A program made the position numbers and the translations under genes. A DNA stretch of 64,000 nucleotides from Neophaeotheca triangularis. Its lineage: Eukaryota. Shown here in pieces: positions 34,527 to 48,474 of the stretch. Numbering within the stretch: the first letter of the stretch is position 1; every line of letters begins with the position of its first letter. Below the pieces are notes generated by a model that saw only the letters and a program-made list of their open reading frames with translations, did no database searches and had not been told where the DNA came from. The stretch covers positions 62,001 to 126,000 of the forward strand of contig BAAIJX010000011.1 of assembly GCA_054600435.1 (NCBI GenBank), given 5' to 3'.

Positions 34527-35708
34527 TTATATCTTAAAGGCGGGCCAAACGCACGTGACGGGATCTAAGCTCCGGCCTGTCCCAGGCAAGGCCGTTGTGG
34601 TGTGGCAGTTGGGAGTGTCTGGAGGGTGGGGGCAGGGGCGGGGATTGGGGTTGTGAGAGGGGGAAGAACAGTGATCCCGAAGTCAGTAGAAAAATGTCCA
34701 GAGGCATGCCAACGGTACAGACGAGCATACGTAAGCACCAGTAGTGCCAAGACATACCACGTGAGTTGCCGTGACAAGTGAAGTCAGCAAGGAAAGGCGA
34801 TAGAAAAGAACGACAAGAAGGTAACCACGCCCTAAATTGTAGCATTCCACCCGCTCTCCAGGCTCGTTCAGGCAATGGTGCATTCCGTGAGCAGCATACC
34901 GGCGTTCCCATGACATGACCCATCACCGATGGAAAGTCGCCGCTTTGAGTTCGTGGTGGAGAGATACGGTGGGTGGAATTATGTACATTGAATGCTGCAA
35001 ACAGAGCCAGTCGTGGCCCATCCGTTGTAGATGTCGTCTCGAAATCAAGCCCCAAACGCACTCTTCAAGAAGCTTCGGCCTCCTCGCAGGGCTTGCCGAT
35101 AGTCGAAAAGCGGTCAGCGAACGTTCAACCCCCCTCGTTGCTTTCAATGGCTTACATGTACAGTTGGGTGTTCCCGTCGGCCGAGATCTGGTCGCGGCTT
35201 TTGGGGTTTGTCGCTTTAGTGGGGTTTTAGCTGTAATCGCTGGTGGCGGGGCCAAAGGAGAGGAAGACAGGGATTGAAGGCTCCAGGAGGAGGTTGTGGT
35301 GGTGGGTCGTTCAGAGGCCATGTTGGGGCCAAGAAAGGGACTTTTTGTCTTAGCTGGCGGCCACGCAACTCGAGATTGCAAGGGTCTCTGCAGCAGTGTC
35401 AAGAAGCGGTGCGGCGGCATGCCTGACGCACGAGGTGCGTGAATAAGACTCAGAGCCGGAAAGTATTTGATTTGATGCCAGTAAGCGCCTCCGACGTATA
35501 CGTGTCGACAATGACTAGAATCATAGCTAGCGAAAATAAAGAAATTCACCTTTCTGTAAGACCTACCAATTGGTTGGTTGCAAGCTTTCAGATCCCAAAG
35601 ATACGAGGTCATTTATTTCCTTACTCGTTAATTCATCACTACCCCTGCACCTGCACCAGCACCAGTTCCAACAGTAACGCCAGTTACTCACATCTCAAAA
35701 CGTACCCC

Positions 35709-38028
35709 TCAAAGCTTACTCCCAACCTCACAACAAGCACCACTAGCATCGACCCTCCCCTCGACACTCCCCTGATGATGCGCCTCACTAACCAAAGTGC
35801 TCTTGTTAAACTCCTGCGTGCTAGGCGGCACATCAATGGCCGGATTACGGTCGAAGAAGTTGACAGGCTTGAGAGCAACCTTGAGAATCTCGCAAGGCAT
35901 GACTGGGAAATCTTCGATACGGGGGACCTGAGCGCGGACATGTTAGTGGAAAGAGTGGGGAAATGGCGCGGGCTTCTGGCGGGCTTACGTGGTTGATACC
36001 GAATTGGACGAAAACGACTAGGTCGTCGTCGACGATGTTGTCTTTGCGGTTGGCCCAGCTGCGGACACCGGTGCCACCGCGGGATTGATTGGTGTATTTG
36101 CCTCCGGCGAAGAGTTCGTTGTCGCGGTACTTGACGGCGTAGATGTTGTGGTCGGAGAACTCGGCGCGCTTGTGGTTGAAGCTCTCGGTGTCGGAGAGGA
36201 TCTTCTGGAACGGAGGTGCCATGATCTTGTAAGCTACGGGCTTGCCGTTGACGGGGTTGCGGAGCGCGGCGTTCTGGATCTTAAAAGTGCGGTTTGCGTC
36301 GAAGTTGAGGTCGTAGCCGCCGGACTTGTCGACGACAGTTTCGGAGACTGTGTACCCGGTGCCGTGGGGATTGAAGTCGCTGCGAGGCATGGCATGGGCT
36401 TCGTCGTAGACTAAGCGGTTCTGGTGACCTTCGATCATTGGGTCTACTCGGAGGGAGAAGATGTGTTGGTGGTGCGTCGCCAGGACTCCTGGATGGACGA
36501 CTGTACCCCATGGTACATCGAGACCCTCGTCGATGGGCTGAGTGGAGAGGATACCAGTTGCTCGGACCTCGTACATCACCTCACCGGCTTGGTTGAATTG
36601 GAAGGCCAGGATGTACTCGTAGTTTGCAACGGCTAGTACAAAGTCAGCAAAGCAAGTCTCAACACGTGTGAATGTGAAGATGCTACTCACTAATGATGCT
36701 CTGGAGCACCAACTCCCTTGACCGGACAACGGCGGCCCGCCCAGTACGGAAGTTGGTGTGCTTCCAGCCAATGCCTGCGTCCTGCTCGTGAATGCAAACA
36801 ACGTTGGGCATCTCCATCGGCTCACCGCGAGGGTCGGAGAGAACGGAAGAGAGGTAGTGAATCGAGCCCAAGCAGTCACAGCCCAACTTAAGGTCGTTGG
36901 CCATACCACCAGCTCCAGCATCACCAAGATCGAAAGCGGACTTCTTGTGAAAGGGGTGACGAGGATCAGCGTAGGGGATGTTCTGTATCAAAGTCAGCCA
37001 TGTCGTCGCCACGCCCGGCTCATGTCTCTCACCATGTCAGAAAGCGAAAGTCTGTAAAAGAGGCTCCTGCCTTCGTAGCGAACATCGTACAAGACCATAC
37101 CCTCCCTCTGGTTGAAGCCAACTCTGAATGACCACTTCTGCCATTCTACGACACGCGACTCTCCTTCTTGAGCGACCGAGAAGCTAGTGCCCTCCGGTTG
37201 AACCACATTCAGGGGCTTCAAGTCTGTCCTCAAATTCTGCGCTTCGGGAATGTACTCATTTGCAGGCTTTGGTGCCCAAGGTTGCGGTTCTTTGACAGTG
37301 TTGTCTTTACCAGTCGGCAGGTAATCGATTCGAATAATCTGCATGGTCTCGGTGTCCATGACTGGGGAGATTGTAAGGGGCATGGCGTAGTGGTTTGCGT
37401 CGGGCTCGTCGGGCTTCTGAGGGTCCGTGGCGTACATGAAGCCTTGCAACAACCGCTTGTCGTCGTCAACGCCGTCGCTGCCCCAAATCCACGCATCGAC
37501 AACTACCCGCGTGCCTTCAGGGAGTTGTAGCTTGGCGATATTTGCCTGCACTTCTTCGTCCTCCAACATCAACCGCTCAGCAGCCACAATCTCTTCTCCA
37601 TCCAGAGGGGCATGATCGTTAGGTCCTAGGCGGAAGTTCGACTCGACAGACTGCGTGCTGAGATTGACAATGGCTTCGTGGAATTTGTCCTAAGTAAAGG
37701 TCAGAACTCGTCAAGCCTCGATTCGTACCCAATTGAGCGACCGTCAACTCACAGTGTTCTTCAAATAGTACGTGACCATTGCCCTCCGGTCAATCTTCGG
37801 GAACTGGCCGCCATTGTGTTCCGCCTCAAGAAACCGGACAGCTTCTGCCTTTGCGGGCTCTTCCAGAGTGACAGCCTTGAACAAAAACTCGGTCTTCTCC
37901 GGCCATTGCGTCTTGACGAGCGAGGAAGCTTGCTTGATCTCTTCGGAAGTCAAGGGGGCGAGGGGGTGGGAAGTGGCTTGCTTGGTCTTGCGCATAGGCA
38001 AGGATGTGGAGACGTTTTGAGTGGCCAT
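35709..38028 (-). CDS. Peroxisomal copper amine oxidase, 5 exons
   Basis: Exons 38028-37753, 37689-37033, 36982-36691, 36632-35989, 35927-35709; HPLAPLT, LGCDCLG, TVANYEY (TPQ site), HQH copper ligands, HVPRIEDFPVMP, C-terminal SKL (PTS1). Confidence 0.94.
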
Positions 38029-38866
38029 GATTGCTTGGGAGGAATGCGATGCTTGGTCAGTCGGAGGTAGAGAGAGCTCGATTGGTTAGATCAGGGGGAC
38101 GGGGTTTTAAATATGTGTTCGAGGAGCGAAGAGAGGGAGAGGGCATTTGAATGGGTAGCGAGAGGAGTAGATATAGGTAGATGTACTTATCAAGTGATAA
38201 GCAGAGTGGAGCACGAGGGGAAAGGGAAAGGGTCTGTCTGGATGGAATAGATTCCGCGCAGGTATTCTTTCCCCACGGGCCAGGGCACGGTAGTTGGTCT
38301 TTGCCGGATTGCTGTAGTTTTGTGCTTTATCAGTTGCCCAATCAGGCAAGTCCAACCGTCGAGCTGGGGGGGGGGGCGGACACACGTGGGGACAGAAAGA
38401 TAAGCCACCTCAGGCAACCAGGCCAGGCTAGAGGCAGCATATTGAGCGTGCAAGGAACCTCAAGCGCCAAAAGGTAATATTCGTACAAGTACACATCTCA
38501 AACATACACACTCCACTACCACCTGCCTGCCTGCCTACCATGTCCCTCCCCAAAACCACAGAATCCCCATAAAGGCCCCATTAGCGCAGCAAACAATCCC
38601 AACGCGCCGTTTCCCCCGGGTATCACAAAAGTCCAAACCCCCCCTTCTCCCTACTATTGGAAGGGAATCAAAGAGAGAAAGCGAAAAAGCAAAACAAGCG
38701 AGCAAGCCAAACCCCCCGTCACGACAACCGCCCCCCCTTCCCCCCCACTTCTACGCCGCACATACGCCCTTTCTCGTCGCAAAAAGCCGGCGCAAAAGTC
38801 TCCAGTCCAGGTTCCACTGGAGCCAGACCAAGACACGGGACCTCCTCTCCTCTCCTCTCCTCTCCA

Positions 38867-41617
38867 CTACCAGCCCCGCTTTCGCGCAAACCGCTTATTG
38901 AGCAAGACCAACACCTTACTGACGTTGAATTGCACGTACTCGAGATCCAAATCTTCCTGCCCTTCCTTTTGCATCTCCAGCAAGTCGTCGAGTTTGAGGT
39001 CGAGTTCGAGGAGTCCGCGGTTGCGACCTGTGGAGAAGGGTATTGTTAGTTTAAAGTGTTTTTGGGTAGTGGTGATACTTGTCCTCCAAATGATCAAAGT
39101 TACTCTTGCCAGTATGGGAAATTCCCATTTCGCCGAGACCGCCGAGGAGGAGGGCGTCGGTGTTGTGAAGAGTTGGGGGAGTCTCCGTGACGGAGATGAT
39201 GCTGCGTTGGTGGGGGGTGTCGGTGCGGAGGGTGAATTGCGCGCGCCGGCGGGAGGCTTTGAATTCGGTCTCAATGGTGAAGTCGTCTGGGTAGCCTCCG
39301 TCGCCTTCCAGATAGGTATCACTAGAGAAAGATGTCCGGGTCACGGTGAAGGGGTTGGGAAGGAAATCGCTATACACACCTTTGTAATGCAGACTGATGA
39401 CGAAAGTGCCCGGGCTGGGGCTGGTGATGTTGAAGTAAATATTTGCCCGCCTGTTTTCCGGTACGTTGCTCTTTTGGATGACACCTTGGCGTTCCAAATC
39501 TTGGTGAGTGAATTTAAAAGGGCCCAGCGCTTTTTGCTTCTCTCCTCGCTTCGAGGTACCTTCGGATTGACCGCGAACGTTGTGGAGGTAGGATTTGTAC
39601 GTCTCCAGCTGGCCGACGAGGTAGGAATTGTGGTCGCGAATGGTCCGGAAGACGTCTTCAAGTTTGCCGTTCTCCGCTAGGACCTTCTCCTTGAGCGAGC
39701 CCAGATGGACGAGTTCTTGTTCGATTTCGTCACGGAGAAGGGCAAAATCGTCGCCCTTGTCGATGATTCCGAGCTCTTGCAATTGGTTGAGCAGCTCCAT
39801 ACTGCGGATACCCTTTCTGACCATTACAGAATCGTTTTTCGTAGTCGCGGCAGCTTCGGCGATCTTATCCAGTCGAAGTGGGCGTCTGGTCACGGTCGCA
39901 TTACCGGGGAGTGATCGCATTATTGTCACAAAGGTTGCCTTGGCTTCCATGAAGAAGACTTCTTCTTGTGTGATATCCAGCGCGGAAGTCAGGTCATCCA
40001 GCGGTGTCTCCCATTTGCTGTACAGTGGTAGATTGATGACTCTGTTTTCTTTCCGTGGCAGCTGCGCAGGCGCCGGACCCAGCTCGCCCAGCAGCTGTGA
40101 CAAATGCGAAGAATCATCTTTGGCGAGTTCAGCCGCGTGCTTGTCCAGCAATGCATGCGTGGCGTAGACTTCGTTCAAAGTGATGGAGAGCTCGAGATCG
40201 CGTTTGGAAAGGGCAACGTAGTTGTCCATTTCGAGAGTCTCGTAAAAGTCCTGAACCTCACAAAGGTCGAGCAGGAATCGATTGATGCGCTCCTTGTTCT
40301 GGTGGATAAATGGCTGGAGCTTCTGCATGTACGGCTCCTTTGCGTAACTGGGCTTGTTGGCGAGGTTTTGCAGCATCTTCGCCACGTAGGTCAGGGTTCG
40401 CTTTGGGTTCTCGGCCGGTACTTGTTCAATGAGCATGTATGATCTCGGCGTCACAATTGCAGGGTTGATGAAGCGCAAAAAGAAGAAGCCTCCAATGAGC
40501 GTGCAGATCGTCTGGTCCTGTGCATCCGGGTATTTTCTCCTCGACAAGCTTCTGATTTGTTTGCAGATCCACCGAATACCATATGGCGTCTCCTCCAATC
40601 CATCGATGATGGTATCCAAAAAGGAGTTTGCAATTTCAATAAGCATGTCCAGTCTGGGAGCAATGATGCGCTGCACATTTTCATTTGCAGCTGCTTGTTC
40701 TGCAGTCACACCATTTGTCAGCCCTGCAGGCAGCTCCTCGCCGCTTGCCTCAATCTTCGCAACCATGGTCTCGTAGACCTTGAGGGGGTTGATTTCGAGA
40801 TCAAGATCCTTAATCTCGATCAAGGAGTTTATTCGATTGGCCAAAACTCCTTTGAGGTAGCTTTGTCCAGGTCCTCGTCGCGTGTATGTCGTCATCATTC
40901 TGGACACGGGGGTGTTTGCTCGCAGGAGGGATGAGTAATCGGGGGTGTTGTCGAATTGATAAGTCAGTACGGACTGGAACATGGTAAGTAGGAGATGCTC
41001 CTCTCGGCTCTCGTATTGGTTGCCGTAAAGTGTGAACATGACAGTCTGCAGCAATTGATCAATCTCGGCCATGGTCACCAGCCGACATAGGTGCGCAATG
41101 TGTCGCGGTTCGCTCTGCAGTAAGAATAGCAAGTTGCCGTATTTTTGCGTCTTGACGTCGTCCGGGAACGATCCCTCTGCCATGTCCACGTCATCAAGAT
41201 GGCTTGCAACTTCATTTTGCTGTCGCAATTGTCAGTTCACGTGTACTTGCTCAGTCAGTTCCATGTTCCACTCACCTCTTCCAAAGCCATTCGATTTTGC
41301 ACGAGCAACGCAATCCTCGAGTCCAGATACCTGACATCCTTTTCCAGAACAAAGTTCTTCTTGCTCTGACTCGAGATCTTTGCTTTCAACTCCCTCAACG
41401 CCTTTTGCGCTCTTGCCAGGTCATCTTCAATTTCCAGATCCCGCTGGTTGGCGTTCATGGACAGATATAGCGCCGTCACCGAGTATCGCTTTGAAGCGCG
41501 CACAGAGCGCGAACCATCGTGAGAGCTCATGGTATTTTGGCGTGTGACGGATTGAAAGGCGGAAGAGGCCGAGGAGGAAGAAGCGCGGGAGGGATTGTGC
41601 AGCATTGAGACTGCCAT
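38867..41617 (-). CDS. Ras GTPase-activating protein (GapA/Gap1-Sar1 type; RasGAP plus RasGAP_C), 3 exons
   Basis: Exons 41617-41276, 41219-39380, 39027-38867; [57 protein letters not shown]. Confidence 0.92.
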
Positions 41618-42410
41618 GATGGATTGGCGTGATCTTAGGCGAGTCTCTTACGCCGGAGACGTATGTATATGCGGCAGTAGGAAGGGTATGGAAGCTTGCT
41701 GCCGCTGCTGCTACCGTGGACTTGAGGTATGGCAGTGGCTTGGCGGGACAGACGGGTGTTCCTGCGTCAGTGCAATCTCCCGTCGGGCGCGGGTTGAGGT
41801 CGCACAAAGGCGTAGTGGAGGGTCGACGGGCGTGGACGAGTCCTTTGTTGTCCCGTTGATCTTTCTAGTCTTGTCTCGTATTGCTGACCCAACAGCGCGG
41901 ACGAGCTTTATACAAGGCGCGTGCGATGTTGACCAGTGATTAGGAGTGACTGTGCGTGCGGGTGGTCGTAGTGGTTGTGGTTGTGGTTAGGGTGGTTGTG
42001 GTGGTAATGGTGGTGGTGATGGTGGTAGTAGTAGTGGTACAGGTGGTAATGTTTCTCTTTCTCTGCTCTTATTCCCCTGCTCCAGTTGCACTGTTTCCAA
42101 TCGGGTTTCAGGCTTGCGCAGGATGGGGGGGTTCAAGCTTCGGCGACGATGTTGGTAGTGGAGTTGGCGGAGGAGATTGACAGTAGACCTCAAAGCATTC
42201 CAGAGGGTGCGTCAGTGTGAAACGCAGCGTGTTCTTCTTGATTCTCACTCGCTCGCTCGCTCTCTCTTCCTTTCTCTTCGCGTCTTCCTCTCCAGCTTGT
42301 TGTAGAGAATGAACGAAGCGAATGATGAAAGTGTGAGGGAAGTTGCCATGCCATGCCATGCCATCCCGCATCTCTCAAACTACTAGTAGCTAAGGTTCAC
42401 ACCTACCTCC

Positions 42411-42443
42411 TACTAGTACTAGTACTAGTACTAGTACTAGTAC
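42411..42443. repeat. (TACTAG)n tandem repeat, about 5.5 copies; (CTGT)n nearby at about 42552-42578
   Basis: Read directly. Confidence 0.85.
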
Positions 42444-43194
42444 CTACTGCTAACCAAACCATGGGTACTAGCACTTGGGTACCTGCACAGACCCACCCCT
42501 CCCTCCTCTAAGCGTCTGGTCTTACTCTTACCCCTGAGTCTGACCCTAGCCCTGTCTGTCTGTCTGTCTGTCTGTCTGCCTGCACCTGCCGCGTCTACCT
42601 TATCCTACCGAACTTCTTCACTACCTAGTCCTAGGTACCCGACACTACTACTACCTATACCTACCGAACCTCACACTAATATTATTTCCCACTAGCGACC
42701 GTTGCGCGCTGCTTTGGGCGCTTGCAGAACAAACGTCATTCGTATACTAGTCGTAATTATTTATTCTTATCCACACATCCATGTGTGAACAGTGTGATGC
42801 TTCCTATCTCCGAGCAACAATAATCTCTTCAAGAGGTATCTCCGAATGTCTCGCTGTCCTTGCCTGCGCGACGATCAAGCAGTACCCTATCCGACGCTCG
42901 AGTACTATAGCTAGCTAGTATCTCGAAAACTTCCACACCGAACCCCCCCATCTCCGCACTTAGGAAACCACCTTCCAATCCATCCCGCGGTACTAACGAC
43001 AGCCCATGGGCATTATTACCATACAAGGGGGGGGAAAGAGTAAGCAAAGCGGGGTGGTTCATTTAAAACTCTAGGTAGAAAGATTTATTTAGGGCGCTTG
43101 CGGCAATGCAAAATGCAAGCAAGCGAGACTTAAGTTGGCACCGTAGCAATAGATAACAACGCTGATGATACCAGACAATCTCGCCTTTGCAATG

Positions 43195-43371
<177 letters not shown>

Positions 43372-44150
43372 CGCCGCACGCCCCTCTCCAAAGCAATGAA
43401 AGGCAGCTCGACATACAAAACGTCACTGGAAGCCAAATCCCTCTCCATCACGGTCGATAGTTAGGTAGGTAGTTGGCAACGGTGATGATATGCAAACCGC
43501 CAACTGATAATCTAAACTTATTCGCCAACCGCGCGCAAAAAATGTCGGCAACGGCGTGCCGAGTCAACTCCATACCTCGGAATCTCTTTCTCTCTCTCTC
43601 TCTCTCTCTGCAGACGTACCTAGTACCTACCTCCCACACTGTACACATATGCCTGATGCCTCGCCAGGGAGAAAAGAGGGGAGAAAAAAACCGCCACTGC
43701 AGATCCGAGCCTTCCCCCTGATGTAGAAAAAAGGTATTCCCCAAAAAGCAAGATTGCAAGTCCCATTCAACCCAAGCACCACGCCTCTCCTAAGTCTATA
43801 GGACTGCGTGGCTGTTTGTTTCGGGCCGGATCCTTGGGGTAGGGTGTTCAAGGGAGAAAGGCCCATCGGGAAAGGGGATCAGTGCGGTTGAGGGCTGGTG
43901 ATGATTGAGCCGTTAGCTAGGGAGTAAGGTAGATGGCTGGTGGGCTTCGTCCATAGCGGTTTTCTATCCAAAGTGAAATCGTACAAGCAGAAAGAAACCC
44001 CCCGTAAGCCGGCCGGAAGCGATGTCGTAAGTATAGGTACAGATGAGTTATGAACAACGCCGCCACATCGGGCCATAAGATGCTTCGCTCGCTCGCTTGT
44101 TCGCTAAGTATGGATATCGACCAAACCGACCATTCTTACCAATCAATCAA

Positions 44151-46193
44151 TCAATCGACTTTCAAGGATCCGTAGATTTTCCACGTAAACAACCAGCAAG
44201 CCAGAAAGCCGATGGTACCTGTAGCAACGAAACCTAATTAGCAGTCATCCCGCGATACACCAAAAGTGTGGAAATTGTACTCACCGCTCAAAACAAACCA
44301 CAGAACCGCCGCCAAAGCCGAGTAACCCAAATACAGCAGACCGCCAGTCCATGAGCTGAAACTCAGCATTCGCGCCCAATACAGCAAGCTGTAAGCGAAA
44401 ACGTAGCCGGCGCTCGCGCCGCTGCAGATGAAAGCCCGCCATTGCCAGTGGTAGTTTTCCTGGCAGAGGAACATGTAGACGGCGATGACGGTGACGGCGG
44501 CCGTGGTGACGATCATTAGTCCGTAGCATAGGAAGAGGAAGCCGAACATGTAGTAGATTCGGCTGCTCCAGAGGCTGCGCATGATGAAGAAGAGTTGTAG
44601 AAAGATTGCCGCGAAGGGCAAGAGGCCGACGGCCGCGGCGGTAGGGAGGGTGCGTTGGTGGGCTGGCGTTGGTGGGATTTGGCGGGGGATTTGGTTGGTG
44701 CGGACCGGAGGGTCTGGGAATGTTTGGCGGAAGCCGAGCCAGCTGCCTGCCAAGCTTAGTGGGACGCTGATGAGGAACCAGATGGCTATGAGGGCTAGCA
44801 TTGTTGTGAAGGGGACTGCGCCGGAGCTGCCGCGGACCCAGACGAAGAGGTTCAGGAGGAAGAAGACGGAGAAGACGAAGGCAGGTAGTGCAGAGGGTGT
44901 CAGAATGAAGAGGAGTTTCCAGGAGGCGGCGGTGGTCGAAGAGGAAGGGGACCCTGCGAGGAAGGATTTGTAGACTCGGCTACTGGTGTATCCGCTGATG
45001 CTGCCGAATATCGTGTAGAGGAGGATCATGACTGTAGCGAGCGAGCCGCGGTTCGATGGGGAAAGGAAGCCGATGGAGGCGAAGAGAATCGTGAAGCCAA
45101 CCATTGCGAAAAGCTGCGCGCCATTGCCAACCAACACTGCCAGGAGAAGAGAGTTGCGCGGAGGACGGAACACGTCACCATGAACCAGCTTCCACCCGCT
45201 GTCTTCTTGAACGCCATCTTCAATGGAGCCATTACCCTGGCCGAGATCATCCAAATCGTACTCATCCAAGCGGTTGTAGCGTTGAATATCCTTCTTCAGC
45301 GTCCGGACCATAATCGTCGATACCATCCCTATCAGCATCGTCACCATAGCAGCGGACCCAATCAACCAAAACCAATGAATCTCCGGGTTGTAGACATGCA
45401 GGTATTTGTCCCACCTCGTAGCAAAACTTGTCCTGCTCGGCCTCCAGCCTACGGAGTAGGTGTAGGTGACTTTTGTATTCTCCTGTTCGCTCAGCACAAC
45501 GGGGCTACTGTCCACACTTCCACACTCGGCGCTCATATCATCGCCCTTGCCCTTCTTCTTAGCATCTTGACGACTCTGCGGAGTCACGGTAATCCCGACG
45601 ACTCTGTACTGATTCCGGGCGGCCCGATGATAATCAATCATGATGTTAAAATGGTTATGAAGCTGCGGCAAATCACCCTTTATACTCCCAAGCGCGAAAC
45701 CAGGCTGGTAGAGATCTTCTCCAGTCACGGAATCAATCCAGTGTTCGCCCGCAGGAAGGCCATCGACGATCCAGTTTATATTGTAGCCCTGCTGTATGCG
45801 TCTGTTGACGAATTTGGCGTCACGGGGCTCGAAGACGACTTCCTCGCAGGCGGCACGACATGTTTCGTTCTTGTTCATGTGTAGTTCGAAAGGAGAGGTT
45901 TGGATCCGGTCGCCGAAGAGGATGCTTCCCAAGGATTCCGAGAGGTACTGGGATCCTCCTTTAGGCGGACAGTGGTGGAAGGCATTGTGGTAATAGTCGA
46001 AGCTAAAGGCGGAGCGGATTTGGTTGTCGCGTTGGTTGGGAGAGGGGGTTAGGTGGTTGACGTTGAGGGATACTGCATCGCCCTCTTTGTAATTTGTGGG
46101 CGTGATACCTGGGAGGTAGAAGCTCTGGGCTGCTGGGAAGCTTGCCAGGAGAAGCGAGGCTAGACTCACTGGCGAGTGATGGAGGTGATGCAT
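44151..46193 (-). CDS. EMP70: Transmembrane 9 superfamily protein (endomembrane protein 70), 2 exons
   Basis: Signal then FYLPG, SLGSILFGDRI, EDSGWKLVHGDVFR, PVRTNQIPRQIP, ENYHWQWRAF; intron 44284-44219; ends IYGSLKVD*. Confidence 0.92.
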
Positions 46194-46644
46194 TTTGAAT
46201 CGTCGGACGGATATCAAGGCTCGTTAGTCATTGCATTCGAAATTATCCAACAAATTTCCAAGGTCGCGTGTGCGTGTGATGTCGATGGTCAAAGGAGAAG
46301 GTTGAGTAGGTAGATGAAGCTGGAAGCCTGCCCAGCATCTTCAGCTTTCGCCAGCCAGGCATCACGGGAGCTGCCAGCTTCGCACTCGGTTAACTCTGAC
46401 GTCCCGTTAGGCAAGCGTCGATCACAAAGCTTGGCCAAATGCGGGTGCAGTGAGGTGGCTTCCCTTTGTTCCTGACCGCTATCAAGACAATTGCAGCTAC
46501 ACCAAGAAAAAAAAAAGCAGTATGACAGAGGGAATAGTGTTACACCGTCTATCAAATCGCTTAGACACATACCCCAAAAAACGCCACGCATCCACCACAC
46601 TCCTACCTAGCTAGTTCGAATAAATCACTCCCTCCCATCACCAC

Positions 46645-48474
46645 CTAATCAAAAGTAATTTTGGTCGCCTTCTTGCTGGTATCCACATCCTTGTAGAAAG
46701 CGCCATAAGCATCATGCCCCTTCTTCTTGACAGTAGTGCCAAACTTCATCAAATCTTCGGGAACAGGCTGACCAGCTCCCTTCAAAACGTTGATCAAGGC
46801 CCCAGCAAGTCCTTTTTCATTGTCTGTGAACATGGTAATAGCCAAACCGTCCTGCCCGGCTCGACCAGTGCGGCCGATACGATGGACGTAATCCTCCACG
46901 GTGAGCGGGAAAGTGACGTTGATGACAACCTTCACAGCCGGGATGTCGAGACCTCTGGCAGCCACATCAGTGGCCACGAGACAGGGCACTTGGCCCTTCT
47001 TGAAAGCATCCAAACTCTCAGTACGTTTCTGCTGGCTGAGGTCACCGTGGATGCCGCCCACGTTGAAACCACGACGACGAATAAATTCCTCGATGCGTGT
47101 GGCTTCCTTCTTGTAGAGGCAGAAGACGAGGATGCGGTCCGACTTGTTCTTGCCGGATTGGTATTGCCTGAGCAGGTCAATTAGGCGATTCTGTTTGGCT
47201 TGCGGGTCGATGACTTCGACTTCTTGCTTGATACGGGCGTTGGCGCGCAACTCTCCCGTGGGATTATCGCCAATGGTCACCTTGACAGGCTTGTTCATAA
47301 AAGTGCTTGCAAGCTCGCGGACTGATGGTGGCCAAGTGGCTGTGAACATGAGGGTTTGACGGCCAGTGCTGGGAGTGCCGGAGATGATCTTCCGGATTTC
47401 TTCCTCGAAACCCTTGTCAAGCATACGGTCTGCTTCGTCAAGCACAAGGTATTGTACTTTGGAAAGATCGATGGAGCCCTCTTGGATGAAGTCGTTGAGA
47501 CGACCTGGAGTTGCAACGACGATGTGCGTACCCTTTAGTGTCTCGCGCTGGGCATCCTTGTTTACTCCGCCATAGACGACGGTAACCTTCAAACCAGCCG
47601 GCTTCGTGAGCTTTTCAAGCTCTGCATGGATCTGACACGCCAGTTCTCGCGTTGGGCTGACTATGCAAGCTTTGATTCCCTTTGCGTCTTTCTTGTCGAG
47701 GGAGCTGATCTGCCTCACGCAAGGCAGGCCAAAGGCCAGCGTTTTTCCGGATCCCGTCTCTGCAACGCCAATAACATCCTGACCAGCAAAGAGGTATGGC
47801 CAAGCAGCAGCCTGGATGGGAGTCGGGGTCGTGAACGCCTTGAAAGGCTCGCGTAAGCTCTCGTCAATGGCTGGGAGGTGTTTGAAGGCGGTGATGGGTC
47901 GGAAAGTGTTGGCAGTAGGGTTCTCGACGGTGATGAATTTCTCGGCGATAAAGGCGTCGACTTCGGATTGCGGCAGAGCAGAGAGGGTGGGGTTTTCAGC
48001 GTAGCCAGACACCGCGACTGCTGCGGTGGTGCCGCTGCTGACCCCGTGACCGTTGGTCTTTGCCGCCTCTTCGACGACAGCTTCTCCAGACTTCTTTTCT
48101 GCTTTGGCCGCTTTGCGAGCAGCCTTGTCGGCAAGCTTCAAAGCCTTCTTCTCAGCTTCGTCCGCAGCAGCATCATTACCCGTTCCGTCTGCGACATTCT
48201 CTGCAGCCTCTTGAGCAGCCTCTGCCTTGACCTTTTCCTTTTTGGCGCGCTTTGCGGCTCTTCGCTCTTCTTTGCTCAGGCCTCCAAGCTCAGGGTCGTC
48301 CTCCTTTTGCTTCTGCTTCAAAGTCTTGCTCTTCGGCTCGCCATTCGAGACCGCTTCAGCCGAGTCGGTCTGCGCAGCTAGACGCTTCTTTTCCTTCTTC
48401 GCCTTCTTTGCGGCGCGCTCAGCGTCACGCGACTCGACGTCAGCAACGACTTCTTCGCGCTCCCTCTTGGCCAT
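46645..48474 (-). CDS. DBP3: DEAD-box rRNA-processing helicase Dbp3
   Basis: Lys-rich N-terminus, [56 protein letters not shown]...KITFD. Confidence 0.93.
   Translation of the reverse strand: MAKREREEVVADVESRDAERAAKKAKKEKKRLAAQTDSAEAVSNGEPKSKTLKQKQKEDDPELGGLSKEERRAAKRAKKEKVKAEAAQEAAENVADGTGNDAAADEAEKKALKLADKAARKAAKAEKKSGEAVVEEAAKTNGHGVSSGTTAAVAVSGYAENPTLSALPQSEVDAFIAEKFITVENPTANTFRPITAFKHLPAIDESLREPFKAFTTPTPIQAAAWPYLFAGQDVIGVAETGSGKTLAFGLPCVRQISSLDKKDAKGIKACIVSPTRELACQIHAELEKLTKPAGLKVTVVYGGVNKDAQRETLKGTHIVVATPGRLNDFIQEGSIDLSKVQYLVLDEADRMLDKGFEEEIRKIISGTPSTGRQTLMFTATWPPSVRELASTFMNKPVKVTIGDNPTGELRANARIKQEVEVIDPQAKQNRLIDLLRQYQSGKNKSDRILVFCLYKKEATRIEEFIRRRGFNVGGIHGDLSQQKRTESLDAFKKGQVPCLVATDVAARGLDIPAVKVVINVTFPLTVEDYVHRIGRTGRAGQDGLAITMFTDNEKGLAGALINVLKGAGQPVPEDLMKFGTTVKKKGHDAYGAFYKDVDTSKKATKITFD

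Noticed and set aside
26641..38028. Dikaritin/ustiloxin-type RiPP cluster around the repeat precursor
   Set aside because: No DUF3328/UstYa (HxxHC) oxidase, tyrosinase or other tailoring gene seen in the window. Neighbours are housekeeping or orphan genes, and the core lacks the Tyr typical of dikaritins.
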